A stretch of DNA of 64,000 bases from Candidatus Bathyarchaeia archaeon (GTDB taxonomy: Archaea; Thermoproteota; Bathyarchaeia; Bathyarchaeales; Bathycorpusculaceae): positions 1,373,237-1,437,236 of the forward strand of contig JBEKKK010000001.1 of assembly GCA_050010755.1 (NCBI GenBank). The letters are read 5' to 3'. Within the stretch, counting starts at the first letter, position 1, and each line of letters starts with the position of its first letter. Below the pieces are notes generated by a model. The model was not told the DNA's origin. It did no database searches and saw only the letters and a program-made list of their open reading frames with translations. Shown piece by piece: positions 42,763 to 54,649 of this stretch. A program made the translations under genes and the position numbers.

Positions 42763-43266
42763 CTAGGCCACTTTGAAGAACTTTGATTTCGGGTTTCCGC
42801 AGACTGGGCATTTTTCGGGGGCTTCGTTTTCGACGGTGTTTCCGCAGACGCTGCATACGTAATAGTCAACTTTTGGGAGTTCTTTTCCAGCCTTCAGGGC
42901 CTTTGCAGCTTTTGTGAAAAGGTTCGCATGCACCTGTTCAACTTGATTTGCCACGTTGAAGCTCCAAGTCGCCTGCGTGTTTTCTTCCTTCTTGGCGGTT
43001 TTCAGGTATTCTGGATACATCTTCTTGAACTCGAACGTCTCGCCGGTTATGGCGGTTTCCAAGTTATCGGCCGTGGCTTTCACTTCTCCCATTATTCTAG
43101 CGTGATTCAACGCGTGAACGGTCTCTGCCTCTGAGGCTGCCCTAAAAAGTTTCGCAACCTGTGCAAAGCCTTCCTCCTCAGCCTTCTGGGCAAAGGCCAG
43201 GTAGCGACGGTTCGCCTGTGACTCGCCGGCGAAAGCGCTCTTCAAGTTTTCAAGCGTTTTCTCCAT
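42763..43266 (-). CDS. rbr: rubrerythrin
   Basis: AFAGESQA, AETVHA, EQVH, CSVCG..CPVCG. Confidence 0.95.
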   Translation of the reverse strand: MEKTLENLKSAFAGESQANRRYLAFAQKAEEEGFAQVAKLFRAASEAETVHALNHARIMGEVKATADNLETAITGETFEFKKMYPEYLKTAKKEENTQATWSFNVANQVEQVHANLFTKAAKALKAGKELPKVDYYVCSVCGNTVENEAPEKCPVCGNPKSKFFKVA

Positions 43267-43497
43267 TTCACATTCACCTTCTTTCTTCAAAATGTCTCAA
43301 TCAGCAATTATAAGCTTATTGTTAACCCTAGAAAGCATCAGAAACTTCGAACTATTTCGGAACAGTCATGCGCGCTCATATGATTCACAATACAAGATTA
43401 TCGTCATAGAATGGACAGGCGAATGGGGACACACAGCCGCACTATCACCGGCGCCATCGTGAGGCATGTAAAAGAGTGGATATGCTCTGTGCTGATG

Positions 43498-44043
43498 TCA
43501 TCTTGTTTTCAGTCCTTCGGATTTGAGCGGTCCTATGATTCCTGGTCTGCTGAGCACTAGGAGCAGGGAGTAGCCGATTCCTGCGATTGCGATGATGCTG
43601 CTGATTGTGAGACTGAGAATCATTGCTGCTGTTGCTGGTAGAGCGTTGAGAACTGGGGGTGGTGTGAGAAAGGGAAAGAATATTGAGAGATAAGCGCCAA
43701 CTATGAGTCCTATGGGTAATGCTCCTGCGACGCAGGCTGGGAATCTGTGTTTGCGAAGCAAGAGGACCACGGTCGCGGCAATGAGGTTGGCGATAGGTCC
43801 GAATATGACGTCTTGGGCTCCGAGGAAATAGTAGGCGTTTGTGATCAGGCATCCGAAGGTGACTCCGCCGACGACTGGCCAGCCGAATAGCACGGTTAGA
43901 GCGATCAGGGAGTCGGCAACGCGTAACTGGATTGGTCCGTAGATAGTTGGATTGCCGATTAGAGTCATCTGAATAATGTTGATTACAGGGTAGAGCGCTG
44001 CAAATACAGCGGTCAAGGTTATGTCTTTACTGTCGAATTTCAT
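43498..44043 (-). CDS. queT: QueT family transporter (7-deazaguanine precursor S component)
   Basis: FAALY, YGPIQLRVAD.L, GVTFGCLITN, DVIFG. Confidence 0.85.
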   Translation of the reverse strand: MKFDSKDITLTAVFAALYPVINIIQMTLIGNPTIYGPIQLRVADSLIALTVLFGWPVVGGVTFGCLITNAYYFLGAQDVIFGPIANLIAATVVLLLRKHRFPACVAGALPIGLIVGAYLSIFFPFLTPPPVLNALPATAAMILSLTISSIIAIAGIGYSLLLVLSRPGIIGPLKSEGLKTR

Positions 44044-44049
44044 TTATTC

Positions 44050-44110
44050 GTCCTCCGACACCGGGGTTTATTATGGCGGAACGGGTGGAGGTCCACTTAC
44101 CCGCCATTCG
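44050..44110 (-). promoter_or_regulatory. structured 5' leader of queT (candidate cis-regulatory RNA)
   Basis: AUGGCGG/CCGCCAU stem with inner GUGGA/UCCAC repeat, A-rich tail, then GGAGG; TATA-like tttaaa near 44136-44141. Confidence 0.45.
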
Positions 44111-44456
44111 ATGAATTGTGATTGCTCGATGAACGTTTAAAGGTTTTGAGGAATCACACGTGAAGCGAACATGGGATATGAAGGCCGGCGAAAGAACCAT
44201 TGATATGTAAAAGAGATAATCGCGTTGGTTCAGAAAGAGACCTATGTGACACAGCGGCTTTTCTGTTCATGGAGATACTGAAAGAAGAAGACCATCACGA
44301 CACTTTCACGACTCTCTTGGAGCAGACACAAAATCCAGGGCACCAGCGAATTGGGGTTTTCAGTAATCCATTTTCTTGATTTGTTCTTTTGCGAGTTTTC
44401 AACTTCCGAAAGGTTAATTCCACAGCGATCGTTAGAAATGAAAGAGGATGATAGGA

Positions 44457-44594
44457 ATGAAGTCTGAAGAGAAATTGCCTCTTTGTGAAAAGTGCGGTTG
44501 GCCAATCGACGAGTGCAAGTGTGTTTGTCCTTACTGTGGTGAATCTTCTGGTTGCGAGTGCTGCGTTGGTGCGGACGCGGTTACTGGCGGCTGA
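44457..44594 (+). CDS. 45-aa Cys-rich micro-protein ending in Gly-Gly
   Basis: manual translation MKSEEKLPLCEKCGWPIDECKCVCPYCGESSGCECCVGADAVTGG*; gagg upstream. Confidence 0.75.
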   Translation: MKSEEKLPLCEKCGWPIDECKCVCPYCGESSGCECCVGADAVTGG

Positions 44595-44635
44595 AAAACA
44601 CCGTGGCCGGTTCCTGACAGTTTTCATGAAGTTCA

Positions 44636-47525
<2,890 letters not shown>

Positions 47526-47605
47526 CAAATTAAATAGACAAGAAAACCCATAGACCTCATAATGGTGTACGCTTGGCAATAGCGGTTGTGAGGAGACACT
47601 GAGAA

Positions 47606-48043
47606 TTGAGCCTCAAAAAGCGTGAGGACAGCAAAATCATCAAGACCAGTGAAGCGAAAAATGAATCTGGTGAGAATGAAGGAGCCATCTACGTTATTCA
47701 GAAGCATGCTGCCACGCATTTACATTACGATTTGCGGTTGGAAATGGACGGCGTGTTGAAGAGCTGGGCAATTCCCAAAGAACCGCCGATAGAATCTGGG
47801 GTCAGACGACTCGCTGTTCAGGTGGAAGACCACCCAATGGCATATGCAACTTTTGAAGGAACCATTTCAGAAGGCGAATACGGAGCTGGCACCGTGGAAA
47901 TCTGGGACAAGGGGAGTTACAAAATGTTGGATAGAAAAGAGGACAAGTTCATTCTTGAAATTAAAGGTGAGAAACTGAAAGGTCCATATGTTCTCGTAAG
48001 GTTCAAGAACAAAAAGAACTGGCTCTTCTTCAAGAAGAAATGA
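47606..48043 (+). CDS. stand-alone LigD 3'-phosphoesterase (PE) domain
   Basis: [36 protein letters not shown]. Confidence 0.92.
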   Translation: MSLKKREDSKIIKTSEAKNESGENEGAIYVIQKHAATHLHYDLRLEMDGVLKSWAIPKEPPIESGVRRLAVQVEDHPMAYATFEGTISEGEYGAGTVEIWDKGSYKMLDRKEDKFILEIKGEKLKGPYVLVRFKNKKNWLFFKKK

Positions 48044-48189
48044 AATCAATCTGAGCAAAAGACGTTCAAAGATTTGATTCGGCAACTATTAAGGTTGACC
48101 AAATAGCTCATGTGCTATCTTTCTTCTTCCCGTCTCCGTCCGACGGTTCTGCCCGCGAAAATTGCTGGTGATTAATTCTTTCCTGTTTA

Positions 48190-48486
48190 TTATTCAACCG
48201 TTAAAGTTCCATATCGTCCGCTGTTTAGCTGTATCTCGCCTCTGAAGCTTGTGATGTAGCCGTTCTCTATCTTAACCGTGTCATTGACGTTGACTTGATT
48301 TATCTGCTCGTTCCAAAGTGTCAGTTTTATTGTGCCTGTCTCGTCAGCTATTGTTGCGCTTGCAACTTTGAGAGTTTGGTCTTTGAATCGTGATGTGACC
48401 TCTCGTGTTTCAGACTTTTCAGTTACCTTTGCGATCAAGTTTATGCGTTTCATCCCATCTCGTAACTCGTTTATTTTCAACTTCAT
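48190..48486 (-). CDS. single OB-fold ssDNA-binding protein (SSB/RPA-like)
   Basis: KINELRDG..ADETGTIKLTLWN..IENGY. Confidence 0.9.
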   Translation of the reverse strand: MKLKINELRDGMKRINLIAKVTEKSETREVTSRFKDQTLKVASATIADETGTIKLTLWNEQINQVNVNDTVKIENGYITSFRGEIQLNSGRYGTLTVE

Positions 48487-48613
48487 CCCTTCTGTCGAAT
48501 GCTCTATATGCGAGTCTCATTTTTGGCTGGTTAGATGCTGAAAAGTTCTTGGCGAATATAAATTTTGCTAGCTTTTCAATAGTTTGCGTTGTGTGTTTCC
48601 GCGGATGCCATGG

Positions 48614-49768
48614 TCAAGCAATGAAGAATGTGATAATGAGTGTTATCAAATAGGCTATTAATGCCACTGCAACGCTTTTGGCCCATGAGAACTCGCTTGT
48701 TGTTCGAACGACAATCATAGCCAACACTGCAGTCCACGCCCATACCAGAAATTCGACGATTGTGTCGATTTGGGTGACGAGCGAGATTTGGCTTGCAATC
48801 AGGTTAGCGGCAGCGGTGCCTTCCCCCTGTACGCCGCCGATGATTTCAAACGGGTAGCGAATCGTTGGCAAGGTTGAATATGATATCGCGTTTATCAATC
48901 CACCAATGAACATTGTAATGAGAATGAACCCGACTGCAATCAACGCGGGTTTCCAGACGATTTTGCCCTTGAAAGCTTTGACCAGCATGTAGATCAGGCC
49001 AGTGAGCAGAATCCACATTATTACAAATTGAAAGACGTCTCCAATCGCATATTCGAATAGGTAAGATGCACCTGCCGTTTCGATAAGAGACTTGTAGGGG
49101 CCGTGGAAAAACAAACCGTCAACCAGTAGCGACACGTTGGAACTGGTTGACCAGGTAAAGTTCAGCTGCAAGCCTGTAACGCTGCCCCAGTCCGCGTTGC
49201 TGTTCGAAGAAGTCCAATTTGAGGAAGCCAGTTGTATAGTGATGTTATTCCAAATGTTATTGTAGGCCGCGTTTTGGAATTCTTGTGTGAGGTCACTGTA
49301 GAAGTAGTCTGATGAGGAGTTGAGTGAAAAAACTTGAATTGTCACGTTTTCAGGTGATCCCGGGCTGATTAGCTTTGTTCTGAAAGACAACCGATAGAAG
49401 TTGTCTGGATAGGTGCAGTTCACTGTTCCTATGCCTGTTAACTGCGTCGAAACTTGTGAAGTGTTTTGGGCTGAGAAGGCTATGCTTACGCTCCCGTAGA
49501 TTGAGCCGTTGATGGCATCGCTGCTTTCGGTGATGTTTGCGTTTGATGTCCAAAAAGTGCTGCTTTCCGTCCATACGTCCAGGTTTGTCCCGTTGGGTAA
49601 AATCTGTTCGTAGTATTGTTTGGAGAAGACAACGTATGTAGATGCGATGTTAACTGCTACGAAAAGAATCATGATGAGAAGGGGCCCGATGTACTTTGGG
49701 TTCTGAATCACTTCTTTCAACGTTTTTAGTGGCGAGTACAGGACTTTCAGCACGTTTGAGGCGTACAA
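48614..49768 (-). CDS. Yip1-like membrane protein with inserted extracellular domain
   Basis: VLYSP.K N-terminus, long Asn/Ser/Thr-rich loop, several C-terminal TM helices. Confidence 0.65.
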   Translation of the reverse strand: MYASNVLKVLYSPLKTLKEVIQNPKYIGPLLIMILFVAVNIASTYVVFSKQYYEQILPNGTNLDVWTESSTFWTSNANITESSDAINGSIYGSVSIAFSAQNTSQVSTQLTGIGTVNCTYPDNFYRLSFRTKLISPGSPENVTIQVFSLNSSSDYFYSDLTQEFQNAAYNNIWNNITIQLASSNWTSSNSNADWGSVTGLQLNFTWSTSSNVSLLVDGLFFHGPYKSLIETAGASYLFEYAIGDVFQFVIMWILLTGLIYMLVKAFKGKIVWKPALIAVGFILITMFIGGLINAISYSTLPTIRYPFEIIGGVQGEGTAAANLIASQISLVTQIDTIVEFLVWAWTAVLAMIVVRTTSEFSWAKSVAVALIAYLITLIITFFIA

Positions 49769-49815
49769 TGATTCAGGCTCCGCTGTTAAGTTGTTGCTGG
49801 ATTATTAATTGCTTT

Positions 49816-51330
49816 CTACATTCCCAGCTTCAAGCGTCTGTAGGTTGTGTAGTCCACGTGTTCGAGGAACGGGCTTTGCGCTTGATAGGCGATTGTCATT
49901 TTCTGGTTTTGCCTTTTGTCCAGTATCTGGTTCGTCGTGATTAGCGAGTAGGCATCGCTTCCAGCCCCTGAGCCGTAGCTGGCTATCAGTATCCTGTCGT
50001 CCGGTTTGGCTATGTCTAATACTGCTGCCAGACCTATTGGGGAAGCGCCTGAGTACGTGTTGCCGAATTTTGCCACTTGGAGCATGGGGCCGTACTGTTC
50101 CTCTTTGAACCCGAGCTCCTTAGCGATTCGGACTGGAAACTGAAGGTTGGGTTGATGAGCGACGAAATAGTCAACATCTCCGACTTGGAGGTTGAGCCTT
50201 TCCATGAGTTTCTTAGATGATGTTCTGACGTGTTTGAAGTATGCCGGGTCGCCGGTGAAGCGTCCGCCGTGCATTGGGTGCGGCTCACCGTCTCTCCTCC
50301 AGAAGTCAGGCGTGTCAGAGGTGCATGAGTACCATCCCTCGATTTCTGCAATTACGTCCTGTTTTCCGAAGATGAAGGCCGCGGCACCGTAGCCGACGAA
50401 CAGGTCCAGTTCTCCGCCGGGGCAGTCTCTCGGGGCGGCTTGCGAGTTGTCGGTTCCGATGACCATGGCGTGTTTGATGTTTGATTTTGGATAGTTGACG
50501 AGTGATGCGGCGTCCTTGAACATGCTGGTGGCCGCTTTGCACGCGAATTCCATGTCGATGGCGTCGACTCCTTGGACATCTTCGTTTTCTTCTCCGAGTT
50601 TCAGAACTTGCGCGACTTTCGATGCTATGGGTTTGACTGCGTAGGGGTTCGATTCTGAGCCGACGTAAATCTTTCCTATGCTGACGTTGTCCACTCCGGA
50701 GTGTATTAGGGCTAGTTTTCCAGCTTCGACTGCGGCGGTTATGGCGTCTTCGTCGATGAAAGGGACGGAGCGTTCGATGTTTCCTTCTCTGATTCTGAAC
50801 CGTGAGGTGTAGACTCCGTAGCCGACGATGCCCGGCAAGTCGTACTCTTTCTTTGGCTTCATGATTTTGTATTCTTGGTAAGGGTAATATTCGTCCGCGA
50901 ACGTGAAGGCTAGGGAGATTGTTGGGATGACTTCGCTTTTGTCCACGGAGTAGCGTCTTCGGAATCTGGGAACGACCTCTCTTCCTTCGAGGGTTGAGAA
51001 GTCAACGTCTTCGTTGCACATTGCCGTTCTGTCCGTGAGTCTGCATGGGACGCGTATTTTGCAGTCGTGGAAGGATGCCGTGCCGTATATGAAGCTGCCG
51101 AGTTTCGTGAACTTGTTCGTCGGTTCGTTGACGAGGGTGCACAGTTCCAGTTTCCCCTTTTCGTAGAACAGGTCTGTGTTAACCATTTTTCCGAAGCTTT
51201 TTCTTCCGCAGTTGCCACAATAGTCTCTTATTTCAAAGTACTCTTTTCCGCAGATTAGGCAGCGGTTGCAGCGAAGCCTGTCGCCGAGGTAGGAGACTCT
51301 TCTCTCTATTGGTTCGCTGCTCATCTTCAT
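49816..51330 (-). CDS. DUF35 (Zn-ribbon + OB)-HMG-CoA synthase fusion
   Basis: CLICG..CGNCG N-terminus; GSES, FACKAA, HQPN, GNTYSG, SYGSGAG; ATGA overlap with the thiolase-like gene. Confidence 0.9.
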   Translation of the reverse strand: MKMSSEPIERRVSYLGDRLRCNRCLICGKEYFEIRDYCGNCGRKSFGKMVNTDLFYEKGKLELCTLVNEPTNKFTKLGSFIYGTASFHDCKIRVPCRLTDRTAMCNEDVDFSTLEGREVVPRFRRRYSVDKSEVIPTISLAFTFADEYYPYQEYKIMKPKKEYDLPGIVGYGVYTSRFRIREGNIERSVPFIDEDAITAAVEAGKLALIHSGVDNVSIGKIYVGSESNPYAVKPIASKVAQVLKLGEENEDVQGVDAIDMEFACKAATSMFKDAASLVNYPKSNIKHAMVIGTDNSQAAPRDCPGGELDLFVGYGAAAFIFGKQDVIAEIEGWYSCTSDTPDFWRRDGEPHPMHGGRFTGDPAYFKHVRTSSKKLMERLNLQVGDVDYFVAHQPNLQFPVRIAKELGFKEEQYGPMLQVAKFGNTYSGASPIGLAAVLDIAKPDDRILIASYGSGAGSDAYSLITTNQILDKRQNQKMTIAYQAQSPFLEHVDYTTYRRLKLGM

Positions 51331-52523
51331 TTCCTCCCCAGGATGTATACGTAGCCTTTGGTTCCGAAGCCTTCGAGTTCGAGTACGCATCCGCAGTCAA
51401 GCTCTCCGTCTGGGTTGACTTGGCGGTCGCAGGCTTCTTTCCTCAGCTGTTTGACGATTTCGAAAATCTGCGCGCCACCTGTTGCTCCCAGTGGGTTTCC
51501 GTCTGCTTTTAGTCCGCCGCTCATGTTTACGAAGAGTTTGTTCCCGTCTATCTCGTAGTAGCCTTTGTAGTCTTGGCAGTTCTCGTGTATGGTGCTCCAT
51601 GCTGTTCCTGGTTTGCAGAAGCCCATGTCTTCGAGCGAGATCATTTCCATTACGGTGGACTGGTCGTAGAGTTCGACGAGTTGAATGTCCCAGATTTTTT
51701 TTCCGGCCATTTTCAGGGCGTTTTTCATGGCGATTTGGGTTACTAGGAAGTGGGTCATGTCTTCTCTTGCCGGGTAGGTTAGGTAGTCTGTTGCTGAGGA
51801 TACTCCTAGGACGTATACGGGTTTGGTGGGGAGTTTTTTGGCGGTTTCTTCGCTGGTTAGGATTAGGATTGCTGCGCCGTCGGATATTGGGGCGTAGTCG
51901 TAGAGGCCGAGGGGGCGGTGTGCTTCTTTTCTTGCGTTTAGGACTTGTTCGACGGTTATTTTTCTTTGGTATTGTGCGTACTCGTTTTTTGTTCCATGTA
52001 GGTGGTTTTTGACGGATATTTGTGCCAATGCCGTGTTGAGTGTTTCTTGGTCTTGTCCGGTCATGCCGTGTTTTTTGATGTAGGCTCGGAGCATGAGTTC
52101 GTGGTTTGCTTCGGGTGTGCAGCCGGCGTAGTAGCTCCATGGGTCTTCGAGGAGCATGAGGTCGTCTCGTATTTTGTCCCATCTGTCGGTCATTTTTTCT
52201 ATTCCGCCGACGAGAACCGTGTTGTATCTTCCGGCTTGGATGGCGTTGCACGCGTTTGACAGGGCTGAGCTGAACGACCGTGTCACTTCCATGGGGACGT
52301 GGAGTTCCGTTAGTTCTGAGAGAAAACCCTCTTCCAGTCCAAGCTTGTTCGTGATGGGGAGAAAATAGTCTGAGAGGTAGCAGGCTTCCAGGTCTCTGCG
52401 TTCCAGATTTGCTTCTATCGATGCTTTGAGCCAGGCCTCTTCAATGAGTGTTTCAGGCTCTTTTTCGTAGTGTTCTCCGAATCTTGTTCGTCCAACGGCA
52501 ACTATCGCCGGCCGTGTTGGCAT
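51327..52523 (-). CDS. thiolase-fold protein lacking canonical catalytic residues
   Basis: GRTRFGE, GGIEKM, VKNH, PISDGAA, SGGLK..GNPLGATG. Confidence 0.85.
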   Translation of the reverse strand: MPTRPAIVAVGRTRFGEHYEKEPETLIEEAWLKASIEANLERRDLEACYLSDYFLPITNKLGLEEGFLSELTELHVPMEVTRSFSSALSNACNAIQAGRYNTVLVGGIEKMTDRWDKIRDDLMLLEDPWSYYAGCTPEANHELMLRAYIKKHGMTGQDQETLNTALAQISVKNHLHGTKNEYAQYQRKITVEQVLNARKEAHRPLGLYDYAPISDGAAILILTSEETAKKLPTKPVYVLGVSSATDYLTYPAREDMTHFLVTQIAMKNALKMAGKKIWDIQLVELYDQSTVMEMISLEDMGFCKPGTAWSTIHENCQDYKGYYEIDGNKLFVNMSGGLKADGNPLGATGGAQIFEIVKQLRKEACDRQVNPDGELDCGCVLELEGFGTKGYVYILGRK

Positions 52524-52755
52524 CAGGTTACACCTATTAATATGCAAATATCCCTCCAGCATGAGCCTTTTAAGGGTTTTCCATTTCCGTGTTCAGCATG
52601 TTCAGCGTTTGAGAGAAGTTGGGGCTATTCAAAGCGGTTTTTGAGAGGCTGGTGAGTTTTTGGGCCCCTGGCCCACGTTGGTAACAACGGTTGTAATGTT
52701 GTGCGTTAACAAGTGCATGGTGAAGTGCTGTGAATTTTCGTCTGTTTGGGAGCCA

Positions 52756-53904
52756 TTAGGCCGTTGTTTTTTCTTCTTTGATGTTTATTTCGTGGTTCTT
52801 CAGGCCTTCTGAAAACAGTTTGAAAAGTTTGTTGTCCATGCCTATTTTTTCAGGCGGGACCACGCCTTTTTCTTTTAGATGTTTGTTGAGGATCATTTGT
52901 GCAACGATTGATGCTGGGTAGGCTGTTGTTCTGGCCATGGCGGTTATGCCTCGTGTTTTGTCGCAGAAGTCTAACAGGGTGTAGACCTGTTTTGTTCTCT
53001 TCTTGTCTCTTATGCCGTGGGTCTCTGTTCTCAGAGCGACGATGTCTTTTGGTCTTTTTTCCGACAATTTCTGTTCAAGGATTTTGGCAGTAAGCTTTCT
53101 GGGTTGAACTTGGACTCCTTGTACGTTGATGTTTGATTGGCTGAAGAAGCCGAGGGTTCTGAGCAGTTTGACTTTCTCTGCGTGTCCAGGGAATCTTAGC
53201 GTCTTCTCCCACATGTCATCGACGTGTTTCACCGTTTGGGGCAAGGTTCTGAGACCATCTGTGTAAAAGGCCTCAAGCTTTCCAACGCCTGGAAATTCGA
53301 CGTCTTGCACTCCGCTGAGCGCTTCAACCGCGACCGTTCGGCCTCTTCTAACTATCCAAGCCTTCCGTGTGTACTCGTCGATGAGGCTCTCGGGAGACCA
53401 CGTTACGACGTAGCCCAAGGGAGGAACGGGCTTTTCTGGGAGTCCGCCGACCATTATGTGAACCGATTTGATCTTGTCAAGCGTTGAAACAGAATTCCCG
53501 ACTAGCACGTTGCTGATTCCTGGGGCCAGCCCACAGTCGGGGACGATGATTGAACCCGCACGCACAGCGGCCTCGTTAAGTCGAATAGGATTTTCAGACA
53601 TGTAAGAAACATCAACCAGATTCCTGTGTGCGCCGACGCATGTTTCCGCCAAACGGTATGCGAGGTTTCCCGGCAGAAAACCCATGACTAGATCGAACTC
53701 TTTTAGAGTGTCCAGAAGTTCATCATGTTTTGCCACGTCTGATCGGATCCATGAAACGTTGCTCTTTCCTATTTTCTTGGTGACAAGTTTCGCTCTTGCT
53801 TCGTCAACGTCGGCGACAACGACCTCAGTCGAACTCATGCTGATAGCCAAATCTTCCGCGGCAACGGAGCCTATGTTTCCGCAGCCCATCACTAATGTTC
53901 TCAT
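52756..53904 (-). CDS. saccharopine dehydrogenase / lysine 6-dehydrogenase family
   Basis: GCGNIG, DCGLAPG, VGGLP, TDGLRTL, TAMARTT. Confidence 0.9.
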   Translation of the reverse strand: MRTLVMGCGNIGSVAAEDLAISMSSTEVVVADVDEARAKLVTKKIGKSNVSWIRSDVAKHDELLDTLKEFDLVMGFLPGNLAYRLAETCVGAHRNLVDVSYMSENPIRLNEAAVRAGSIIVPDCGLAPGISNVLVGNSVSTLDKIKSVHIMVGGLPEKPVPPLGYVVTWSPESLIDEYTRKAWIVRRGRTVAVEALSGVQDVEFPGVGKLEAFYTDGLRTLPQTVKHVDDMWEKTLRFPGHAEKVKLLRTLGFFSQSNINVQGVQVQPRKLTAKILEQKLSEKRPKDIVALRTETHGIRDKKRTKQVYTLLDFCDKTRGITAMARTTAYPASIVAQMILNKHLKEKGVVPPEKIGMDNKLFKLFSEGLKNHEINIKEEKTTA

Positions 53905-54090
53905 GTTCCATGATTCAGAGAGGATTTCAATTAAAGGTTTTTCCATGATTCGGCTGGCAAGACTAGGTTGAGGAACCGTGTAGCTCGGTGAATCTGCCAA
54001 GAAGAGAAATCGCAGGAACGTGGAGTTTGGCTACGGATGATCGATTTGAAAGTCTTATATACCTCGATTGGCGATGTACAGTTGAGTATC

Positions 54091-54399
54091 ATGGCTGAGA
54101 TCTGTCCAACATGCGGACTTCCCAAGGACTTATGTGCTTGTGGCGAGATAGAGAAAGAGCAACAACGGATTCGCATACGGCTTGAGACGCGGAAATTTGG
54201 CAAACCTACTACAATAGTGGATGGTATTGATGAGAAGAATACGAATCTGGCGGGTATCGCTCAAAAACTGAAGGGGTTCTGCGCTTGTGGTGGAACGGCG
54301 AAGAACGGTCAGATAATGCTTCAGGGAGACCATCGTGAGAGAGTGCGCCAGTTTTTGGTGAAGCTTGGTTACCCGGATGAGAACATAGAGCTTCAGTAG
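54091..54399 (+). CDS. sui1: translation initiation factor SUI1 / aIF1
   Basis: CPTCGLPKDLCAC..LK..CACGGT.K...LQGDH. Confidence 0.95.
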   Translation: MAEICPTCGLPKDLCACGEIEKEQQRIRIRLETRKFGKPTTIVDGIDEKNTNLAGIAQKLKGFCACGGTAKNGQIMLQGDHRERVRQFLVKLGYPDENIELQ

Positions 54400-54434
54400 T
54401 TGCCTCGCGGAACATTTACGGCGTAGGAATTAAA

Positions 54435-54632
54435 GTGCTGCAAGACATGCGTGATGTATTGAAGATGCTCACGCGTCGGAAATCTCGAATGAAATGCTGT
54501 CCGAAGTGTGGAAGCCCTGAGATTCGTTTGTCGAGCGGCTCGGGCTTTGGGCTTTTGCCTTTGAAGTACGTGTGTAAAAAATGTGGATACTCTGGCCCTG
54601 TCGTTATGGAGCTTGAAAAAGAGGAAGGTTAG
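54435..54632 (+). CDS. small zinc-ribbon protein
   Basis: CPKCGS..YVCKKCGYSGP. Confidence 0.75.
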   Translation: MLQDMRDVLKMLTRRKSRMKCCPKCGSPEIRLSSGSGFGLLPLKYVCKKCGYSGPVVMELEKEEG

Positions 54633-54649
54633 CGGCGGTTGATTTCTGG

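Noticed and set aside
51397-52251. Long Arg/Pro/Thr-rich alternative-frame ORF (284 aa) and antisense ORFs
   Set aside because: They overlap the thiolase-like gene and are explained by its strong C/A codon bias.
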